Below are positions 47,454-55,442 of a DNA stretch of 64,000 bases, in pieces. The stretch comes from Thermoanaerobaculia bacterium. Its GTDB lineage: Bacteria > Acidobacteriota > Thermoanaerobaculia > Multivoradales > UBA5704. The notes beneath the pieces were generated by a model. The model was given only the letters and a program-made list of their open reading frames with translations, had not been told where the DNA came from and did not search any database. Each line of letters starts with the position of its first letter. The first letter of the stretch is position 1. The stretch spans positions 6,282 to 70,281 of the forward strand of contig JBGAGQ010000028.1 in the NCBI GenBank assembly GCA_044226625.1. Reading direction: 5' to 3'. Both the position numbers and the translations under genes were made by a program.

Positions 47454-48665
47454 CTACCGCACCATCGCCATCCAACCCTTGAGGTACTCCCCCTCGCGGT
47501 GGGCGATCGAGACCGGATGGTCGGAGGCGGCGGCGAGCGGTTCGAGGAGCGAGACGCGCACGCCCGCCTCGACGGCGGCGGAGAAGAGGACCTGGCGGAA
47601 GAGCTTTCCGTCCATCGCACCGCTGCACGAGAAGGTGAAGAGTAGACCGCCGGGGGAGAGGCGCTTGAGCGCGAGCCGGTTCAGGTCCTTGTAGGCGCGG
47701 GCGGCGGCGTCGAGGTCCTGCCGTTTCTTCACCAGCGGCGGCGGATCGCAAATCACCAGGTCGTAGAGATCGGTCCGGGCGCGCAGGTCTTCGAAGACGT
47801 TCGCCCGGACCCACTCGGTCCGGTCTGCGGGTAGGCCGTTGTTCTCGTACAGCCGCTCACCCCGTTCGATCGCCTTGGGCGACGACTCTACGTGGACCAC
47901 CCGGGAAGCACCGCCCGAGAGGGCGTAGAGCCCGAACGCTCCCGTGTGGGCGAAAAGATCGAGCACGCTCCGCCCCGCTGCGTAGCGCGCGACGCGGCGG
48001 CGGTTTTCGCGTTGGTCGCAGTAGAAGCCGGTCTTTTGGCCCCCCGCGAGGTCGGCGGAAAAACGCAGGCCGGATTCCAGGAACTCGACCTCTTCGGGCG
48101 GCGTGCCGGCGATCACCTCGTCTTCGAGCGGCAGCCCCTCGCCTCTCCGCGCCGGCAGGTCGTTCACCTGGAGGATCGGCAGGCCGGGATAGGCCTCGGC
48201 GAGCGCGGCGTAGGCCTCGGCGCGCAGCGCTTCGAGCCCCGCTACGGTGATTTGGCTCACCAACACATCGGCGAAGCGATCGACGGTCCAACCGGGCACG
48301 CCGTCTCCCTCGGCGTTCAACAACCGGTAGCCGGTCGTCTCGGCGGGGAGGACCGCGCGGCGGAGCGTTGCGGCCTCGGCGAGCCGTTCGGCGAAGAACG
48401 ACCGTCCGGCCCAGGCGGGCCGCGGATCGCCGGCGGGGGAGGGGATCATCCGGGCGCGGATCTGCGAGCGCGGGCTGTAGAACCCGAGGCCGAGCGGGCG
48501 GCCGTCGGCCGCGAAGACCCGTGCGAGCGGAGCGTCGGCCGGTCCGGATGCGGCGCCGATCGCTCCGGAAAAGAGCCAAGGATGCCCCTCGAGAATCGGC
48601 TTGTCCTTCCCCGGCAGGAGGCGGAGCCGGACCTCCGCTGCCGGGGGGCTCTGTGCTTCCGTCAT
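47454..48665 (-). CDS. rlmI: class I SAM-dependent 23S rRNA m5C methyltransferase, RlmI-like (PUA + MTase)
   Basis: LLPGKDKPILEGHPWLFSGAI (PUA-like N-terminus), VLDLFAHTGAFGLYAL (SAM motif I), DLVICDPPPL (motif IV). Confidence 0.8.
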   Translation of the reverse strand: MTEAQSPPAAEVRLRLLPGKDKPILEGHPWLFSGAIGAASGPADAPLARVFAADGRPLGLGFYSPRSQIRARMIPSPAGDPRPAWAGRSFFAERLAEAATLRRAVLPAETTGYRLLNAEGDGVPGWTVDRFADVLVSQITVAGLEALRAEAYAALAEAYPGLPILQVNDLPARRGEGLPLEDEVIAGTPPEEVEFLESGLRFSADLAGGQKTGFYCDQRENRRRVARYAAGRSVLDLFAHTGAFGLYALSGGASRVVHVESSPKAIERGERLYENNGLPADRTEWVRANVFEDLRARTDLYDLVICDPPPLVKKRQDLDAAARAYKDLNRLALKRLSPGGLLFTFSCSGAMDGKLFRQVLFSAAVEAGVRVSLLEPLAAASDHPVSIAHREGEYLKGWMAMVR

Positions 48666-50875
48666 TCGACCTCGAAGGGAACGCCGCCGGCGTCGAGCGG
48701 AGGAGAGCCCGGCTCGGCGAGAGATAGGTTCAGCCGGTACTCGCCCGGCGCGAGTCCCGCGGGCTTGAAGCTCACCAGGATCGCCTCGCGCCCATTCGCC
48801 TGGCTCTCGCGTCCGAGCAGGTGGACCTCGCCCCCCGGCACGGCCTTGCCCGCGGGGTCGGTGATCCGGCCGGTCGCCGCGAGCTCTCCGGGCGCAAGAT
48901 GGTAGGCGAGAAGCGACAGCGACGTCGTCTGGTCGACCGAGAGGATCGGCCGGCTCGCGGGAACGAAGGCCTGTTCGCGAACGGTGAACGGATAGGGGGC
49001 GTCGGCCTGGTCGCCTCGCGGCTTCTCCCGCACCATCAACCAGGACGCGGGCGATTCGAGGAAGAACGGCGGGATGAGAGCCGGTACGGCCGGATCGAAA
49101 GCGGGCACTCGTAGCGGTTGGACGACGAGCCCCGAGTCGCCCGTCCGAGCGTTGCGGACGAGGACGCGGAGCGACCAGTTCCCGGGAGCAAGCTCCAGGT
49201 GGCCGTAATACTTGAGGCCGTTTTGCAGCAGCCGGTCCTTCACCTTCGCGAGGTCGAAGCCGAGGGTCTGGGCGAAGAAGTCGCCGATCGAGCCGTCCGC
49301 GGCGAGCGCGTAGGCGTAGATCTCGGTCGGCAGCGGGCCACTCTCGGTCGCGGCGAGCAGCGAGGCGCCGTCCACCTCGACCATGACCGGTACGAAGGAC
49401 TTTCCCCCGCCGGGCAACGGGAACGCGACCAGCGACGAGGCGAGCGTTCCTCCGGCGCGACCGTTGGAGATCTGCTCGGCCGCGTCGAACAGGTGGACCG
49501 CGGCATCGCGCGGATCGTACGGTTTGGGCGCGAAGTATCCGGCGCGATGGGAGACTCGGGTGCCGCGCGAGGGGTGGGCGAGCTCGACTTTGAGCGGATG
49601 GTAGGCGCCGTCGCGCGCCACCGCCGGCTGGAACGAGAGTACGTAGGTCACGCTCGTCCGCTCGAGCATCTTGCCCATCGCCACCGCGAGGTCGTTGAAA
49701 TTGCGGTAGAGCTCTCCGCCGGTCTGGTCTGCCATCGCAAAGAGGCCGTCCTGGCCGTTCGGCCGGGAGAAGCCTTCGCCCCCCTCCGCGCGCAGTCCTC
49801 CGATGTCGACCGCCTGCACCACGCAGTCGGAGCGGCGGAGGGTCTCAATCAGCGCCGAAAGGTCGCTCGCGTTCTTCGTGTTGCCGAAGCGCGCGTCGCT
49901 GTCGACCTTCCAGATCTCCCCCTGCTCGGCGGAGGTCTGCTGTTCGGCGCGCTCGGCCTCGTTGGTCGAGCCGAGCAGCAGCGAGCTGTCGAATCCCTCG
50001 GAGAGCAGGACGACGTACTTCCGCCCCTCGACCGTTCCTACCAGGCGGGCGAGGTCTTCGAGCGCGCGGGTGTAGTCGGTGAGGCGTTGGGTCTCGAAGC
50101 GCCGATCATCCTCTTTGTTGCGGCGGATGTTCTCCCGGGTGTCGGTCAGCAGCTCTTGAAGGGCGATGTCTGCGGCCGCCTGCCGCGGGTCGTCCGGCTC
50201 GGCCACCACCGCGGGGTAGGGCTCCGCGCCGGAGCCGAATTCCGCTTCGAGCACCAGGTTCAAGGGATCGCCGCTTCGCTTGACCAGCTCGGGCTTGCCG
50301 AGCGTCTGGATCGCCGCGGCGATCTGCTTGCGGTCGGAGGTGAAGCCGACGAGGATCTTCGGCCCGTTCGACGGGGAGTGTGTGGCGACCGCGACGACGT
50401 CGCTCGGCGCGAGCTTGTCGACCACCTTCTGGACCGCACGGCGCGCCTGGACGATCGACTTCGGCTCGGAGTTGGCGAGGTCGAACAGAATCAGGAAGTG
50501 GCGTCGCGCCGCGGACGAGACCGGCACGCTCGGGGCGGCCGGCGCGCTGGCTGCTGCGGCCGCCGGGGCTCCGAGGTCGATCACCTCGAAGCCGGTGATC
50601 TCCTGCTTCTTCTTCCCCTCGTAGAGCACGAAATCGGCCTGGGTCAGACCGCGCACGGGCTGGCCGTCCTTGGCGACCTGGAGCGGCACCTCCACCGCCA
50701 CGACGTCGGTTCTCTCACCGCCGAATCGCGGCGGCGTGGCCGCGCCGGCGTTTAAGGGAATGACGATCGCGGTGATCCCCGCCATCGCGGCGATCCCCGC
50801 CATCTTCGCCATCGGGGCGACGAGCGCGGTAGGAGTGGCGGTGCGGCGGACGGGTGGTTCGGTTCTGGATCTCAT
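48662..50875 (-). CDS. secreted VWA-domain protein, acidobacterial VWFA-related family (tandem copy 1)
   Basis: Start MRSRTEPP at ATG 50875. RFGGERTDVVAVEVPLQV, RRHFLILFDLANSEP (MIDAS-like DxAxS), CVVQAVDIGGLR, C-terminal GVPFEVE. Confidence 0.8.
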   Translation of the reverse strand: MRSRTEPPVRRTATPTALVAPMAKMAGIAAMAGITAIVIPLNAGAATPPRFGGERTDVVAVEVPLQVAKDGQPVRGLTQADFVLYEGKKKQEITGFEVIDLGAPAAAAASAPAAPSVPVSSAARRHFLILFDLANSEPKSIVQARRAVQKVVDKLAPSDVVAVATHSPSNGPKILVGFTSDRKQIAAAIQTLGKPELVKRSGDPLNLVLEAEFGSGAEPYPAVVAEPDDPRQAAADIALQELLTDTRENIRRNKEDDRRFETQRLTDYTRALEDLARLVGTVEGRKYVVLLSEGFDSSLLLGSTNEAERAEQQTSAEQGEIWKVDSDARFGNTKNASDLSALIETLRRSDCVVQAVDIGGLRAEGGEGFSRPNGQDGLFAMADQTGGELYRNFNDLAVAMGKMLERTSVTYVLSFQPAVARDGAYHPLKVELAHPSRGTRVSHRAGYFAPKPYDPRDAAVHLFDAAEQISNGRAGGTLASSLVAFPLPGGGKSFVPVMVEVDGASLLAATESGPLPTEIYAYALAADGSIGDFFAQTLGFDLAKVKDRLLQNGLKYYGHLELAPGNWSLRVLVRNARTGDSGLVVQPLRVPAFDPAVPALIPPFFLESPASWLMVREKPRGDQADAPYPFTVREQAFVPASRPILSVDQTTSLSLLAYHLAPGELAATGRITDPAGKAVPGGEVHLLGRESQANGREAILVSFKPAGLAPGEYRLNLSLAEPGSPPLDAGGVPFEVE

Positions 50876-50960
50876 CGCCCTCGGCCCCCTGATTGCCACG
50901 GAAGTTTCGGCTTCGACTGGATCGGACCTCGCGGGGCTCGGCCGGCGAACGCTGCGTCCG

Positions 50961-53138
50961 TCATTCGACCTCGAACGGGACGCCGCCGGCATCGAATCCG
51001 GTCGCTCCCGGCTCGGCCAGCCGGAGGTTCAGCCGGTATTCGCCGGGGGAGAGCCCCGCCGGCTTGAAGCTCACCAGAAGGGCCTCGCCGCCGTTCGGCT
51101 GACTCTCGCGGCCCAGCAGCCGGATCTCTCCGCCAGCGACCTCCTTGCCCGCGGCGTCGGTCACCCGGCCGGTCGCGCCGAGCTCGGTGATCTGGTCCGG
51201 CGCGAGGTGGAAGGCGAGGAGGGAGAGCGAGGTCGTCTGCTCGGCCGAGAGGATGGGCCGTGACGCGGGGACGAACATCTGCTCGCGGACGACGAACGGA
51301 TAGGGGCGGTCGGCTTCGTCTCCTCGCGGCTTTTCCCGCACCATCAGCCAGGACGCGGGCGATTCGAGGAAGTAAGGCCGCGCGAGCGCCGGGGTCGCGG
51401 CGTCGAAAGACGGCACGTGAAGGGTCTGGACGACCAGGCCCGAGTCGCCCGTCCTGCCGTTTCGGACCAGGACGCGGAGCGACCACTCGCCATCGGGCAG
51501 CTCGAGATGGCCGTAGTACTTGAGGCCGCTCTGGAGCAGCTTGTCCTTGACCTTGCCGAGGTCGAACGCGAGGGTCTGCGCAAAGAAATCGCCGATCGAG
51601 CCGTCGGTGGCCAGGGCGTAGGCGTAGATCTCGGTCGGCAGCGGCCCGCTGTCGGCCGCGGCCAGGAGCGAGGCGCCGTCGACCTCGATCACCACCGGGA
51701 CGTACGCCTTCTCTCCGGTGCCCGGGAAGGGGATCGCGACTAGAGAGGAGGCGAGCGCGCCCCCTTCCCGTCCGGTGGTGATCAGCTCGGCGGCGTCGAG
51801 CAGGTGCGCGGCCGCATCGCGCGGGTCGTACGGTTTCGGCGCGTAGTAACCAGAGCGATGGGAAACCCGCGTGCCGCGTGACGGTTTGGCGAGCTCGACC
51901 CGGATCGGGTGATAGGCGCCGTCGCGCGTCACCGCCGGCTGGAACGAGAGCACGTAGGTGACGCTGGTCCGGTCGAGCATCTTGCCCATTGCCACGGAGA
52001 GGTCGTTGAAGTTGCGGTAGAGCTCGCCGCCGGTCTGGTCGGCCATCGCGAACAGACCCTCCTGGCCGTTCGGCCGGGAGAACCCATCGGCGCCGTCGCC
52101 GCGCAGCCCTCCGATGTCGACCGATTGCACCACGCAGTCGGCACGGCGGAGGGCTTCGACCAGCGACTCGAGGTCGCTCGCGCTCTTCGTGTTGCCGAAG
52201 CGCGCGTCGCTGTCGACCTGCCAAACCAGGCCTTTCTCGGCGTCCGTCTGCTGCTCGGCGCGCTCCGCCTCGTTCGTCGAACCGAGCAGGAGCGAGCTGT
52301 CGAAGCCTTCGGAGAGCAGGACGACATATTTCCGCCCTTCGACCGTACCCACGAGGCGAGCGAGATCTTCCAACGCGCGCGTGTAGTCGGTGAGGCGCTG
52401 GGCCTCGAAACGGCGGTCGTCCTCTTTGTTGCGACGAATGTGGTCCCGGGTGATCTTGAGGAACTCCTGAAGCGCGACGGAACCAGCGGATCCGCCGTCT
52501 TCGGCCTCCCCGACCGCATAGGCCTCGCTTTTGGAGCCGTAGTGAGACTCCAGCACCAGATTGAGCGGGTCGCCGCTCCTCTTGATCAACTCGGGCACCC
52601 CCAGCGTCTCGATCGCCGCGGCGATCTGCTTCCGGTCGGACGTGAAGCCGACGAGGATCTTCGGTCCGGCCGAGGGGGAGTGGGTGGCGACCGCGACGAC
52701 GTCGCTCGGCGCGAGCTTATCGACCACCTTTTGCACCGCGCGGCGCGCCTGGATGATCGACTTGGGCTCGGAATTCGCGAGGTCGAACAGGATCAGGAAG
52801 TGGCGCCGGGCCGCGGGCGAGATCGCCACGGGCGGCGCGTTCGGCGAAGCCGGAGCCGCCGCGAGATCGATCACCTCGAAGCCGGTGATCTCCTGTTTCT
52901 TCTTCCCTTCGTAGAGCGCGAAATCGGCCTGGGTGAGGCCGCGGACGGGCTGGCCGTCCTTGACCACCTGGATCGGCACTTCGACCGCCACGACGTCGGT
53001 GCTGCCGCCGCCGAAGCGCGGCGGCCCGGCCGCGGAGGAGGCGGCCGGATGAGTCGTGGCGAAGAGGAGGAACGCTAGGGAAACGGCAAACCAAGGACGA
53101 AGCGACCGGTGAGCCCGGCCATCGTTCGAATCGTGCAT
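50961..53138 (-). CDS. secreted VWA-domain protein, acidobacterial VWFA-related family (tandem copy 2)
   Basis: 725 aa, collinear with and near-identical to copy 1 over long runs (RRHFLILFDLANSEPKSI.QARRAVQKVVDKLAPSDVVAVATHSPS). Same GVPFEVE end. Confidence 0.85.
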   Translation of the reverse strand: MHDSNDGRAHRSLRPWFAVSLAFLLFATTHPAASSAAGPPRFGGGSTDVVAVEVPIQVVKDGQPVRGLTQADFALYEGKKKQEITGFEVIDLAAAPASPNAPPVAISPAARRHFLILFDLANSEPKSIIQARRAVQKVVDKLAPSDVVAVATHSPSAGPKILVGFTSDRKQIAAAIETLGVPELIKRSGDPLNLVLESHYGSKSEAYAVGEAEDGGSAGSVALQEFLKITRDHIRRNKEDDRRFEAQRLTDYTRALEDLARLVGTVEGRKYVVLLSEGFDSSLLLGSTNEAERAEQQTDAEKGLVWQVDSDARFGNTKSASDLESLVEALRRADCVVQSVDIGGLRGDGADGFSRPNGQEGLFAMADQTGGELYRNFNDLSVAMGKMLDRTSVTYVLSFQPAVTRDGAYHPIRVELAKPSRGTRVSHRSGYYAPKPYDPRDAAAHLLDAAELITTGREGGALASSLVAIPFPGTGEKAYVPVVIEVDGASLLAAADSGPLPTEIYAYALATDGSIGDFFAQTLAFDLGKVKDKLLQSGLKYYGHLELPDGEWSLRVLVRNGRTGDSGLVVQTLHVPSFDAATPALARPYFLESPASWLMVREKPRGDEADRPYPFVVREQMFVPASRPILSAEQTTSLSLLAFHLAPDQITELGATGRVTDAAGKEVAGGEIRLLGRESQPNGGEALLVSFKPAGLSPGEYRLNLRLAEPGATGFDAGGVPFEVE

Positions 53139-53163
53139 CGCGGGCCTCTCTTCCGGACCGGGT

Positions 53164-53192
53164 GGCGCCGCGCCGTACCGTGGCGCGGCGCC
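53164..53192 (-). other. perfect 11-bp GC stem-loop between VWA copies 3 and 2
   Basis: GGCGCCGCGCC-gtaccgt-GGCGCGGCGCC. No U-tract follows on the transcribed strand. Confidence 0.4.
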
Positions 53193-53204
53193 TCAGGGGA
53201 TGGC

Positions 53205-55334
53205 TCAGCGGATCGTGAAATCGAGGGCCGCCGCCGTCGCCGGGTTCGCGCCGTCGGCTCCCAGGACTTGAACTTCCAGGCGATAGCCGCCCGCTTTCAG
53301 ACCGACCGGCTTGAAGCTCGCGAGCAGAACGTCGCCCGAGCCGGCGACCCCGGGCTCCCGCCCGATCAGCCGGACCTCTCCGCCCGGGACCTCCTTGCCG
53401 TCGGCGCCGAGCACCTTGGCGCCGAGGCGGACGTCGCCCGACGGCAGGTTCCAGGCGACGAGCGACATCGGCGCGTCCTGGCCGGCCGAAAGCGTGGGAG
53501 CGGCGGCCGGAATGTACGCTTGCTGGCGCGCCATGAACGGGTAGGGAGCGTTTTTCTGCTCGCCGCGCGGCTGCTCGCGGACGACCATCCACTTGCCCTG
53601 CGGCTCGGGGAAGAGCGGCGGGCCGACGGTGGGCTTGCCGCCCTCGGTCACCGGGACGTCGACGGACAGGATGCGGAGGTTTGAGGCGCCGGTGCGGCCG
53701 TTGCGCACCAGGACGCGCAGCGAGTAGCTGCCCGGCGCGAGCTCCAGGTGGCCGAAATATTTGAGCCCGCTCTGCGAGAGCGGTCCTTTGACCTTGCTCA
53801 AGTCGAGGCCGAGCGTCTGGCCGAAGTAGTCGCCGATGGTTCCGTCCGCTCCGAGCGCGTACGCGTAGATCTCCGCGGGCAGCACGCTCCCTTCGGTTCC
53901 GGCGAGCAGGCCCGGGCCGTCGACCTCGATCAACACCGGAACGTACGCCTTGCCGCCCGCGCCGCGGAACGGCGCGGCGAGCACGGATGCCGGCAGGCTG
54001 CCTCCCTCGCGCCCGCCCATGATCGTATCGGCGGCGTCGAGCATGCGGGAGGTCGGATCGATCTGGTCGAACGGCTTGGGCGCGTAATAGCCGGACCGGG
54101 CGCTCACCTTGGTGCCGCGCGGAGAGTTCTTCAGCTCGACTTTCACCTTGTGATAGCTGCCGTCGCGCTTGACCTCGGGCTGGAACGAAAGGACGTAGGT
54201 GACGCTCGTCCGGTCGAGCACCTTGCCCATCGCTTCAGAAAGGTCGTTGAAGTTCCGCAGCAGCTCGCCGCCGGTCTGCTGCGCCATCGCGAAGAGGCCG
54301 TCCTGACCGTTGGCGCGGCGCGCGCCCACCTCGCGCAGGCCGCCGATGTCGACCGCCTGGATCACGCAGTCGGCGCGTCGGAATTCCTCGACCATCTTCT
54401 CGAGGTCGTTGCCGCTTTGGGTGCTGCCGAAGCGCGTGTCGTTGTCGACGTTCCAGATCTCGCCGCTCTCCACTGAGGAGTTGATCTTGGCCGTCTCCTC
54501 GGCGTCGGCGGTGCCGACCAGGAGCGAGCTGTCGAATCCTTCGGAGAGCAGGACGACGTACTTTCGGCCGTCCACGTTGCCCATCGCTTTCGACAGATCG
54601 GAAAGCGAGCGGGTATACGCGGTGAGGCGCTGGGTCTGGAGCCGCCGGTCGGCGGTCTTGTTGCGGTCGACGTCTTCGAGAGCCTCTTCGAGAAACGCCT
54701 CGGCGCCACGGCCGCCGGGGGCCTGGACTGACGAGCCACCCCCTTCTCCTCCCGACGACTGGATCACCAGGTTGAGCGGATCGCCGCTGCGGTCGATCAG
54801 CTCGGGACGGCCCAGGGTGTCGATCGCGAGACCGATCTGCCGGCGATCGGTCGTGAAGCCGAGAGCCAGCTGGGAGCCTTTGGACGCCGAGTAGGTGGCG
54901 ACCGCCACGAGATCGCTCGGAACGAGCTTGCCGACCATCTTCTTGGCCGCGTTCCGCGCGTTGAGGATCGCCTTGGGCTCGGAGTTCGAGAGGTCGAAGA
55001 GCAGGAGGAAGTGGCGGCGACCCGAGCTCGCGAGCGGAATCGGGGCGGCGCCGGACGCGGCCGCGGTGGCGGCCTGGGTGACGTCGATCACCTCGAACCC
55101 GGTAACGGTTTGCTTCTTCTTGCCGTCAAAGACCTCGAAATCCGCGGCGGTGAGCCCGCGAACCGGCTGCCCGTCGCGCGTCACCTGGACGGGGATCTCG
55201 ACCGCGACCACGTCGGTGCGCTCGCCCGAGAAGCGCTGGGCCGGGTCCGCGGCCCGCGCGGGGAGGCTCGCGAGCGAGGCCGAGAGGGCGGCGCAAACCA
55301 GCGCCCGTTGCATTCTTCTTTCGATCGAGACCAT
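53205..55334 (-). CDS. secreted VWA-domain protein, acidobacterial VWFA-related family (tandem copy 3)
   Basis: GGAGGAA RBS before ATG 55334 (MVSIERRMQRALVCAALSASLASLPARA). RRHFLLLFDLSNSEP (DxSxS), CVIQAVDIGGLR. Confidence 0.8.
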   Translation of the reverse strand: MVSIERRMQRALVCAALSASLASLPARAADPAQRFSGERTDVVAVEIPVQVTRDGQPVRGLTAADFEVFDGKKKQTVTGFEVIDVTQAATAAASGAAPIPLASSGRRHFLLLFDLSNSEPKAILNARNAAKKMVGKLVPSDLVAVATYSASKGSQLALGFTTDRRQIGLAIDTLGRPELIDRSGDPLNLVIQSSGGEGGGSSVQAPGGRGAEAFLEEALEDVDRNKTADRRLQTQRLTAYTRSLSDLSKAMGNVDGRKYVVLLSEGFDSSLLVGTADAEETAKINSSVESGEIWNVDNDTRFGSTQSGNDLEKMVEEFRRADCVIQAVDIGGLREVGARRANGQDGLFAMAQQTGGELLRNFNDLSEAMGKVLDRTSVTYVLSFQPEVKRDGSYHKVKVELKNSPRGTKVSARSGYYAPKPFDQIDPTSRMLDAADTIMGGREGGSLPASVLAAPFRGAGGKAYVPVLIEVDGPGLLAGTEGSVLPAEIYAYALGADGTIGDYFGQTLGLDLSKVKGPLSQSGLKYFGHLELAPGSYSLRVLVRNGRTGASNLRILSVDVPVTEGGKPTVGPPLFPEPQGKWMVVREQPRGEQKNAPYPFMARQQAYIPAAAPTLSAGQDAPMSLVAWNLPSGDVRLGAKVLGADGKEVPGGEVRLIGREPGVAGSGDVLLASFKPVGLKAGGYRLEVQVLGADGANPATAAALDFTIR

Positions 55335-55442
55335 GGCTTCCTCCGAGGAACCGCGAATTGTCCATGCCAGCAAAGCATGGATCATATCGATCCCGCCGGC
55401 CGATGGGATCAGCCGGCGCGGCGGAGGGACGATCGGGGCCTC

